A stretch of DNA of 64,000 nt from a virus. The notes beneath the pieces are model-generated. The model saw only the letters and a program-made list of their open reading frames with translations, did no database searches and was not told the origin of the DNA. Shown piece after piece: positions 56,294 through 64,000 of this stretch. The DNA lies in IMG/VR virus record IMGVR_UViG_3300032116_000016. The stretch is one strand, 5' to 3'. How positions within the stretch are numbered: the stretch's first letter is position 1; each line of letters starts with the position of its first letter. Made by a program: the position numbers and the translations under genes.

Positions 56294-58132
56294 ATGGCAT
56301 TTACTAATCTAGAAAAACGGTATAATCAGACAGTCAATAAATTATATAAAGGCGCAACCACTAAATTCGAAAATGGAAAACCGAGTACCGGTAGAAATGA
56401 CGACCCTCTTGTAGTTCGTCGCGTCGGTGATGGATATTTTGGTGGAGCAAGTAGAGCATTGGGACGCGCTCTACCAGTAACTAGTGCATTACAAGATGTA
56501 AAACGATTGACACTTTTTACATTTAGTGTTCGTGGAGTAACGTTTTTATTGAAACAGCAATTACTTCAAACTGGAAACACATTTGAGCAAACACGATTAA
56601 TTAATCCTGTATTTGCTATTGGCAACGCCGTACCATTTCTGCATTTACGACGACACCTACGGCCATTAAACACTTTATTAAAAAAAACAGATACATCTTA
56701 CTCAAACGTAAGAAAATTAGGACAGCTGCAAAAATCAACATATGATAGTTTTACAAAAAATGCAACTGGTGGTATAAAAGGACTACTGAAAAAAATAGCA
56801 GGACCAATTACCAGTACTATTTCTGCCTTCACTGCGAAGAAAAACGTTGGTGACGATTTTGGATATGATGCAGATGGTTGGAAAAAAACTAGACCGGAAT
56901 TAGGAACAAAAGATAGTGATTACATATTATCTTTTGTTAACCCGACAGTCAGATTCAAATACGGCGGTGTATTAAATCCAGAAAACGAAACGTTTGTATT
57001 TTCGAATACGATTAGATATGGTGCAATACCTAATGGTGCTGGTAGGTGGGATGGATTATACAAAACGTATTTTTATATATCAAACGGATCATCAGATTGG
57101 TCATACAAGATATTCGATTCCGACTACACTAACGGTTCTTACACACGACCTGACCGTGGAGGTACTGCCGGAGGTGTTCCAAATGATGATGGTGTTAGCA
57201 TAGGGGCCGATGTGTCCAGAACTGCATTGGTGTCCGACGTTGTAGAGGAATATGGACTGTTGGCGCTTTATAACAAAGAAGATATGCAAGCTAAGCAACA
57301 GCTCATAGATAATCAGCAAAAGTTTATCGATGCAGAAAATGCTTGGATAAGTGAAATTACAAAAAATAACGAAGAATCAATACCATTCTTGAAATACTTT
57401 GAGGGTGATGTAGAATCTATTACGGGTGATAAGCAGTTTGAAGATAGTGGAATGACTTCTCAAAATGCAAAATATATTGCAATAAACAGAACAACTCCGA
57501 ATAAAAGAATTTCTTATATCAAAGACCCATCAAATGAAACGGGTTCAAGTGCAGCAAACATACTACGACCATACAGAAATATTAATAATGATTTTGATGA
57601 TGCAATCACAATAGCAATAGCTATGGGTAATGATGACCCGATAAAATTCAGAGCGTTCATAAAAGACCTACAACAATCTGCATCACCTGAATACAAAAAT
57701 TATCAATATATCGGTAGAACTGAAAAGTTTATCAGTTATGTTACTGTGCAAAGAGAAATTAGTTTTAAACTCGGTGTGTTGGCGTTTTCTAAAGACGAGT
57801 TAGACGTTGTGTGGAAACGTATTAATTATTTAACGGGATTGGTCTATCCTTATGGAATTAATAAGGGTATTCTTCAACCAAATATTATTCGATTGACGAT
57901 CGGTAATATGTATGTAAACCAGCCGGGATATTTAACTTCACTGTCTACTAATTTCAATGAGATAACAGAATCGTGGGATATAGATAGAGGAGTTCCAATG
58001 GGAGCACAGGTTGATATGAAGTTCGTATTGATAGAAAAGAAATCACGTATTGCAAGTTCACCGTTCTATGGTATTACAGAACAAATGTCTGGTTCAGTTG
58101 GTCCATTTGAACAGACAATCACAACGAGATAA
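56294..58132 (+). CDS. Baseplate / tail tube initiator-like protein
   Basis: C-terminal FRAFIKDL...YIGRTE...REISFKL...INYL.GLVYP...RLTIG..Y...PG...SLS is typical of tube-initiator domains. Follows the tape measure gene. Confidence 0.65.
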   Translation: MAFTNLEKRYNQTVNKLYKGATTKFENGKPSTGRNDDPLVVRRVGDGYFGGASRALGRALPVTSALQDVKRLTLFTFSVRGVTFLLKQQLLQTGNTFEQTRLINPVFAIGNAVPFLHLRRHLRPLNTLLKKTDTSYSNVRKLGQLQKSTYDSFTKNATGGIKGLLKKIAGPITSTISAFTAKKNVGDDFGYDADGWKKTRPELGTKDSDYILSFVNPTVRFKYGGVLNPENETFVFSNTIRYGAIPNGAGRWDGLYKTYFYISNGSSDWSYKIFDSDYTNGSYTRPDRGGTAGGVPNDDGVSIGADVSRTALVSDVVEEYGLLALYNKEDMQAKQQLIDNQQKFIDAENAWISEITKNNEESIPFLKYFEGDVESITGDKQFEDSGMTSQNAKYIAINRTTPNKRISYIKDPSNETGSSAANILRPYRNINNDFDDAITIAIAMGNDDPIKFRAFIKDLQQSASPEYKNYQYIGRTEKFISYVTVQREISFKLGVLAFSKDELDVVWKRINYLTGLVYPYGINKGILQPNIIRLTIGNMYVNQPGYLTSLSTNFNEITESWDIDRGVPMGAQVDMKFVLIEKKSRIASSPFYGITEQMSGSVGPFEQTITTR

Positions 58133-58135
58133 CAT

Positions 58136-58399
58136 ATGCCGAAGTATATAAATCCAATACTTATTGACAGAGACGATAATGAAAAACGTCATTATACGTC
58201 TGCGATACCAGACGCATACGATTCTTCTGATACTGATTTTAAATACGTTGCTCGTATGGGTGACAGATGGGATTCAATCGCGTATAGATTTTTGGGATCT
58301 CCTAAATATTGGTACATTATAGCACGAGCTAACGGTGGTGCAAATGGGTCAATATTCATACAGCCAGGACAGCAAATAATAATACCACAACAGTTATAA
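58136..58399 (+). CDS. LysM-like baseplate protein (tail protein X / gp53-like)
   Basis: YVARMGDRWDSIAYRFLGSPKYWYIIARAN...PGQQIIIP. Confidence 0.8.
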   Translation: MPKYINPILIDRDDNEKRHYTSAIPDAYDSSDTDFKYVARMGDRWDSIAYRFLGSPKYWYIIARANGGANGSIFIQPGQQIIIPQQL

Positions 58400-58402
58400 T
58401 AT

Positions 58403-61400
58403 ATGCCAGAGTCTAAACACAATTTCGGTTCATTTGACTATAAAATCACGAATCCAGAAATACGAAAAATCCTAAAGGCACGAAGTGTGTTGGATAACAC
58501 AATTCAAGTAGCAATGCCATTCGTCAAAGCAACCACCACTATTCAAATACCAGAATATTTGGGAGCGGGTAATATTGGATTCACAATTGGATTACACGCT
58601 ATTAATTCAGACGTTAGAGCAGAAGATATGTTATCTAACGCTGGAGGAACAGCGCCGTATGTAGGATACACATATACTGGTGATGGTACGAATCAAAAAA
58701 TATATGCACAATATCCTGCCGATAATCTTTTAGCTAAATTTTTTGAAGATAACATTCAATTAGCCACCTCTGCCGAAGGTAAAGACTTTTTAAGAATACC
58801 ACCGCCTGGTATAACCAAAATGACAATCGGTAGAAATAAGAATGGATTATTAGCAAGCGGACAGTTAGAAATTTCAGTACCATCGTTGGCTCAACTTGAA
58901 ATATTGCATAGAACTTTTTTCATACCGGGTGTTGGTATGGTATTGGAGTGGGGGCAACAGTTTGCGGCAGAACTATCACCGTCGTTTGGAGAACGTGGTG
59001 ATATTTCGGAACATTTATTTCCTTGGTACGACAGAGGTAGATTAACTTCGTTGTTAGATAGACTAGCGAAACGTGAAGTTGGCTTAGAAGAAATTTTAAA
59101 TTGTTATGTGTATCCGACTCAAGGACAGTATATGTGGATGTTTGGTAGAGTAGCAAACTTTTCTACTAAAGCAAACTCTGATGGTTCATTCGACTGTTCT
59201 GTAAAAATAGTAGGTCCGTCTGAAGATGCGTGGGCATATTCTACTAAACAAACTGTTGTTCCACCAAAAGACAATTCCGGACAAATTTGTGCGGAAGGAG
59301 CTAATAGTGTCGAGTCGTTCTTTACTAAAACAGTCGGAGGCGGCCTTAATTTAAAGTCACTACTAGACGGTGTATATAAAGGAGAGTTATTACCAGAATG
59401 GAAAGACCATGTGGAATATTTTCAGAATGGTAATAAAAAGGAAGGGGAGCCTGGCGCAGATACGCAAAAACCAAACACATCAGAAAAAAGTTTTGCGGAA
59501 TCCGATGATGCATATTTTATGACATGGCGATTCTTTGTTAATGTAGTAATTAATCATCCAGAACATGGTGTTAAAGCGATATTCGAAAAAGCAGGACTTC
59601 CTGAAAGTACAAAACAAAAAATAGCATTGATACGACCATATTTGGATGGACCAGCACGTTCTTCTGCTCCAACTGCAATTAATTCGCCTGGAGGAGAAAA
59701 TATTGATGATCCTTTAGAAAATTATATTGGTTTTAATCAATTCTTACGTTCGGTTGACCCCGGTACAATGATTGTTGTCAATGAGGCAGCCGCAGTATTA
59801 GCTTCACAAGACAATAGCCCCAACCGTGCGGACCCAGAAGTTCGTAAATTATTAAACGAAACAGATAAATCTAAAGAATTTGCTAAGATAGGTAAGTTGG
59901 AAACGTCAACTAATGCAGCAGGAGACACGGCTCCAGCTAACTCTAGAGACAGAGCATTCTTAAGTACAGGTGTCTGGCTTAATCACAAAGCTGTTGCGGA
60001 AAGTATGGCAGGCGCAGATACGGTTTTAAGAGGTGTTGCTACGTTATTAGACCGTATGAACAGTGCAACCCGTGGATTCTGGGCACTTACACTAGACGTA
60101 GCGGAACCACAGACGTATACATGTCCAACAGTAGGAACCTCCACAGATTTTGGAACAGCTAAATATGAATATACGATTATTGACGCTAACTACCGACCAA
60201 ACTCGGTTGCGGCAGTAGAAAGATTAAAAAACAATATTCATATTTTTAACAAGTACATAAGAAAAATTCCACGCGACGGTGGTGGTGTAGAATTAGTTGG
60301 GTCAGAATTAACAGATTGTACTGTAGACTTAGCATTACCGAAAAGATTATTCTCCCAAATTGCTACAATGGGATTGGTACAACCTAAAGATTTACAAGCA
60401 GCAGGTGGAGAAGTACAAGCTAATACAGATACCAACTGTAGTACAGCATTAATTTCGGATGCAAATGATTCTTTGAGAGAAATGTTTGCTATTACTACGT
60501 TGTCACCTAGTGCAAACGGTGGGCAAGGTCCAGATTTAACTATCAAGCCAATCATACCATCACCAACTGGAACGTGTGGACAAAATAATACACAAGTGAC
60601 GGCTCAAGCGGCTGGTATCGGTAACCAGCCGGGACCAGCAAATGCAAGTTCCGCCGGTCAACCGCCAGCTAATAACGCAAATGCCGCAGAGAAAGCTGCA
60701 GCACAGTCAACTGTGGAAAGTGAAGAATGTAAGAAATGCCAACAATGTAATCCAACATCAACACCATCCGCCGCAGGTGTGGTTTCAATTCCAGGTAGTA
60801 CACAAGAATTTGTGGTGTACGATAGTGTTCAAGGACCGTTTAATGTGCCAATTTCGTACACCAACAGAAGTACGAGATTAGCTGCAGCATCTCAACTGTA
60901 TGACGCAGGATTCCGTAATGGTAGAATGCCCGCGAGTGCTATGGTAACTATTAATAAATATGCGGCATGTGGTAGCGCAAAAACATTTCCAGAAGCAGCA
61001 GATGCGCTTATTAGAATGTTGGATGCGGCGTGGGCCGCTGGGCATAAAATAAAATATTGTGAAGGATACCGGCCGATCGGTGTACAAATAAATTGTATAA
61101 AAGACAAAGGATGGACCGGTGGACCTGCTCATGTAAGATCCCCAACACAATTAAAATCTAGAAGAACGGGAAATTATATTGGATTGTGTGCACAACCTGG
61201 TACTTCAAATCACGGTTGGGCATTGGCATTTGACTTAAGTACCGAGGGAGGTGGTTCTATTTCAAACGGTAGTCCTGCCCACAATTGGTTAAAGGCAAAC
61301 GCATCTAATTATCAATTCACACAAGACCCAGCGGAGGCGTGGCATTGGGAATTTAACGGTAGAGTTACATTCTCGGGCACCCCACCAACAAATCCAGCTG

Positions 61401-61945
61401 CTGCGCCCACGACTCCCACGCCACCAGCACAAAAACCAGCAATTTGTAATGACCCCAATACAGCTGCAGGTTCTGAAACATGTGCAAAATGCAATAGAGC
61501 TCAGGCACAATTGCAACAAATTCAAACCCAAGAAACTACAACGGCCGCCGCCGCGGCCGTAAAAGAAGGAATTATGAGAGAGTTTCCTGGATTAGAAGAT
61601 ATCTTCCGTTACGTCGAAGTATTCCCAGAACTTATGTTAGCTAATATTCGTTGTGACGCAAATGGAGATAAATCTAATGCGTTTGGATCTTCACCGGGAA
61701 CATTGTCACTTACCGCTGATTTAAGAATGCCTGGTGTTAATGGAATGCGTATTGGAGAATTATTCTGGGTTGATCGTATTCCTGCGTTTTACAAAGCGTT
61801 TGGAGCATTTCAGATTATGAGTATTGAAGATACAATAGATATTAATGGTTGGCAAACTGGAATACATGCTCAATTTAATTATTTAGGCACCAAGTGGAAG
61901 GAAGCAATTGTCGCATTACTTGACAGAGATATGGTACGAGATTAA
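58403..61945 (+). CDS. Baseplate hub-like protein with inserted M15 (VanY-like) Zn peptidase
   Basis: N-terminal PPPGIT...LEWG hub-type region. Peptidase motifs GYR, PGTSNHGWALAFD and EAWHWEF at about 60900-61365. C-terminal PGVNGMRIGELFWVD region. Confidence 0.7.
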   Translation: MPESKHNFGSFDYKITNPEIRKILKARSVLDNTIQVAMPFVKATTTIQIPEYLGAGNIGFTIGLHAINSDVRAEDMLSNAGGTAPYVGYTYTGDGTNQKIYAQYPADNLLAKFFEDNIQLATSAEGKDFLRIPPPGITKMTIGRNKNGLLASGQLEISVPSLAQLEILHRTFFIPGVGMVLEWGQQFAAELSPSFGERGDISEHLFPWYDRGRLTSLLDRLAKREVGLEEILNCYVYPTQGQYMWMFGRVANFSTKANSDGSFDCSVKIVGPSEDAWAYSTKQTVVPPKDNSGQICAEGANSVESFFTKTVGGGLNLKSLLDGVYKGELLPEWKDHVEYFQNGNKKEGEPGADTQKPNTSEKSFAESDDAYFMTWRFFVNVVINHPEHGVKAIFEKAGLPESTKQKIALIRPYLDGPARSSAPTAINSPGGENIDDPLENYIGFNQFLRSVDPGTMIVVNEAAAVLASQDNSPNRADPEVRKLLNETDKSKEFAKIGKLETSTNAAGDTAPANSRDRAFLSTGVWLNHKAVAESMAGADTVLRGVATLLDRMNSATRGFWALTLDVAEPQTYTCPTVGTSTDFGTAKYEYTIIDANYRPNSVAAVERLKNNIHIFNKYIRKIPRDGGGVELVGSELTDCTVDLALPKRLFSQIATMGLVQPKDLQAAGGEVQANTDTNCSTALISDANDSLREMFAITTLSPSANGGQGPDLTIKPIIPSPTGTCGQNNTQVTAQAAGIGNQPGPANASSAGQPPANNANAAEKAAAQSTVESEECKKCQQCNPTSTPSAAGVVSIPGSTQEFVVYDSVQGPFNVPISYTNRSTRLAAASQLYDAGFRNGRMPASAMVTINKYAACGSAKTFPEAADALIRMLDAAWAAGHKIKYCEGYRPIGVQINCIKDKGWTGGPAHVRSPTQLKSRRTGNYIGLCAQPGTSNHGWALAFDLSTEGGGSISNGSPAHNWLKANASNYQFTQDPAEAWHWEFNGRVTFSGTPPTNPAAAPTTPTPPAQKPAICNDPNTAAGSETCAKCNRAQAQLQQIQTQETTTAAAAAVKEGIMREFPGLEDIFRYVEVFPELMLANIRCDANGDKSNAFGSSPGTLSLTADLRMPGVNGMRIGELFWVDRIPAFYKAFGAFQIMSIEDTIDINGWQTGIHAQFNYLGTKWKEAIVALLDRDMVRD

Positions 61946-61948
61946 TAT

Positions 61949-62353
61949 ATGTCTGACATTAATTTGATAAACAAGATATACCCAAAAGATAAGAAAAACA
62001 TATTAGAACAGTTTGAAAAAAGTCCTGTAGTGACTCCTCCCATAGTCACATTACAAGACGTAGAAAATAAATATCTTAAACGATATTTTGTAAGACCGAG
62101 TAATCATATTGATTATGTATCGGAAATTGATGAACGCCAATATTCTGATTTTAAAACTAATCCACGATTTATAACAGCAATGGTAAAGTGGAGAATTGTC
62201 GGTAAAAAAGATAATACTATATTATCTAACGGGGTAACTTCTATGGGAGTACGGGATACTAACAAAGAGTCGGTTCGTAAAGCTGACTTGACATTTGGTG
62301 GTATCCACAAGTATATTACAGACTATACGGAGTATTGGCAGTCCGAGGGATAA
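61949..62353 (+). CDS. Conserved hypothetical phage protein
   Basis: 134 aa with RYFVR...EID and VKWRIVG motifs. Confidence 0.6.
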   Translation: MSDINLINKIYPKDKKNILEQFEKSPVVTPPIVTLQDVENKYLKRYFVRPSNHIDYVSEIDERQYSDFKTNPRFITAMVKWRIVGKKDNTILSNGVTSMGVRDTNKESVRKADLTFGGIHKYITDYTEYWQSEG

Positions 62354-63628
62354 ATGGTTATTAATCATAAACAACAGTATGATGAATTGGTTGAACGAAT
62401 GAATCGGGAAATGCATTTATGCACCCCGATTTTTCGTGATATCCATAAACATCCTGCGTCTAATCCGACGTTATGCATTGGGTATACATTTTTTAATGGC
62501 GACTTTTATACATTATCTATTACACATCAAGATGCACCAATATTCGATGTACCTAAAAATACATTTCTTACACTCCACACAGATCGTATAAATACTTTAG
62601 GTTATGTAGCAAATATGTCTTTTCCAGAGATTGAAGATGTATTTTCTTGGTATGTAAAAGAAACGCATATGATGTTTCAGAATACAAAGGATGTGAATAA
62701 AATAGTTCCTATTACAGTCTGGTCTAGTGTAATTAGAAAATATCATAACACTATATTACATAAACTAAATGGTGCAGATGATATAGCTGGTATGGAAAAT
62801 ACATTTATTAAAATTGCTGTATCGGTTTTACGAAAAATTGAATCGGCTGGTTTGGCTGTAGATGAAAAGCTATTGATTTCACATTTTGGTGATAAGGTAA
62901 GTCGGTTGATTACAGATGGGTTGGTATACTCACAATATCATCCATATACTATGACCGGTAGACCTAGTAACAGATTTGGAAAAATTAATTTTGCCGCGTT
63001 AAACAAAACGGATGGCAGTCGTGCAGCGTTTATAAGTAGATTCGCTGGTGGAAATCTAGTGCAGATGGATTTTGAAGCATATCACTTAAGATTGATTGGA
63101 CATTATATGAATATCGATATGCCAATCGAACCAATTCACACGTATTTGGCGAAGCAGTATTATCAAAAAGACTTTCTCACAAAAGAAGAATATGAGGAAG
63201 GTAAACAAATCACGTTTAGTATCCTCTATGGTGCTGATGTAGAAACTGACATTCCACTACTAAAAAGTATTAAGGAACTGTCACGCCGTATTTATTCAGA
63301 TTATCAAGAAAGAGGATTTGTTGCACCAATCAGTAAAAGACGAATTCACGTTCAAGACCAAGATGTTTCCGAACATAAGTTGTTTAATTATTTTGTCCAA
63401 TGTTATGAATTTGAAAAAACAATTCCTAAACTAAAAAGTGTTTTGGAATATCTTGAAGATAAGAAATCTAAATTGATTCTTTACACTTATGATGCAATTC
63501 TGTTAGATTGCCATCCTGACGAGATAAGTACAATAAAACACGATATTCGGGAGATACTACAACAAGAAAACTTCCCAGTAAGATTGTATTCAGGAATCAA
63601 TTATGATGTTCTAAAAGAGGAACTTTGA
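62354..63628 (+). CDS. Short, divergent family-A DNA polymerase-like protein
   Basis: TMTGRPSN, motif A QMDFEAYHLR, motif B KQITFSILYG, NYFVQ and motif C YTYDAIL. Confidence 0.75.
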   Translation: MVINHKQQYDELVERMNREMHLCTPIFRDIHKHPASNPTLCIGYTFFNGDFYTLSITHQDAPIFDVPKNTFLTLHTDRINTLGYVANMSFPEIEDVFSWYVKETHMMFQNTKDVNKIVPITVWSSVIRKYHNTILHKLNGADDIAGMENTFIKIAVSVLRKIESAGLAVDEKLLISHFGDKVSRLITDGLVYSQYHPYTMTGRPSNRFGKINFAALNKTDGSRAAFISRFAGGNLVQMDFEAYHLRLIGHYMNIDMPIEPIHTYLAKQYYQKDFLTKEEYEEGKQITFSILYGADVETDIPLLKSIKELSRRIYSDYQERGFVAPISKRRIHVQDQDVSEHKLFNYFVQCYEFEKTIPKLKSVLEYLEDKKSKLILYTYDAILLDCHPDEISTIKHDIREILQQENFPVRLYSGINYDVLKEEL

Positions 63629-63640
63629 CATATCTAAATT

Positions 63641-63649
63641 ATATTTATT
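63641..63649 (+). promoter_or_regulatory. ATATTTATT motif (candidate late promoter)
   Basis: About 31 nt upstream of ATG 63680. Confidence 0.5.
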
Positions 63650-63679
63650 GGAAGTATTTCTCTTTCAATAGGTATAGAT

Positions 63680-64000
63680 ATGGAAGAACAAACCCAACTA
63701 CTGTGTACGTTTACAACGGTAGACGGATTGGAAAAGACAATAGACGACATAAAAGCTACATATAAATTAATGTTTAATAAAGTCTATTTGTTGGAAAACG
63801 TTGAAGATGCTTCACAACTCATTCTAACGTATAACGTTGCAAAGAGTGATAGCTTGAAGTTAACACCACCACCGTCAACAATTTCAGTACACAGAAAAAA
63901 GCACACAAATACAATTTATACTATAAACGCAATCAACAAATTGATAGAACAAAAAAATGGTGGCGTTTTAGATACATCGTACAAAATTGATTGGACCGAG
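63680..64000 (+). CDS. Conserved hypothetical phage protein (3'-truncated, not in ORF track)
   Basis: Hand translation: MEEQTQLLCTFTT...HRKKHTNTIYTINAINKLIEQKNGGVLD..., open to the window end. Confidence 0.7.
   Translation, partial: MEEQTQLLCTFTTVDGLEKTIDDIKATYKLMFNKVYLLENVEDASQLILTYNVAKSDSLKLTPPPSTISVHRKKHTNTIYTINAINKLIEQKNGGVLDTSYKIDWTE

Noticed and set aside
63625-63650. TTGACA upstream of the last ORF as a sigma70 -35 box
   Set aside because: There is no -10 hexamer at 16-18 nt spacing. The ATATTTAT motif explains the site better.
1-64000. Stop-codon reassignment, tRNA/rRNA genes, mobile elements
   Set aside because: Genes tile the + strand at full length under the standard code. I recognised no tRNA cloverleaf, integrase, transposase, intron or intein.

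Overview
A 64-kb, essentially single-strand (+) segment of a large contractile-tailed (myovirus-like, probably jumbo) phage genome. It has three parts. (1) Tail and virion genes: sheath, tube, fibre-like, C1q-like and beta-propeller proteins, tail chaperones, tape measure, baseplate proteins and a hub protein with an M15 peptidase. (2) Three virion-type proteins with long Thr/Pro/Ser arrays: two with roughly 1,100-1,200 residues of TPSITx repeats and one with TPS and VTPSP repeats plus Cys-rich modules. (3) Two glyco-modification clusters totalling about 23 kb, interleaved with the array genes. These hold about 15 glycosyltransferase domains, including four GT60 (Gnt1-like) domains and a SGT1/HPAT-like + O-fucosyltransferase + GT60 triple fusion, plus GDP-fucose synthase, a GDP-mannose 3,5-epimerase, two carbamoyltransferases, methyltransferases and a 2OG-Fe(II) oxygenase. 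My leading interpretation (inference) is a phage-encoded, eukaryote-like protein O-glycosylation pathway that decorates its own mucin/extensin-like virion filaments. Also seen: a recurrent (A)TATTTAT(A/T) motif mostly about 27-32 nt upstream of structural genes and of the first glycosylation cluster (candidate late promoter), a probable +1 programmed frameshift in the tail-chaperone gene, a SNF2 helicase and a degenerate family-A polymerase. All family calls come from motif recognition by eye, not database searches.
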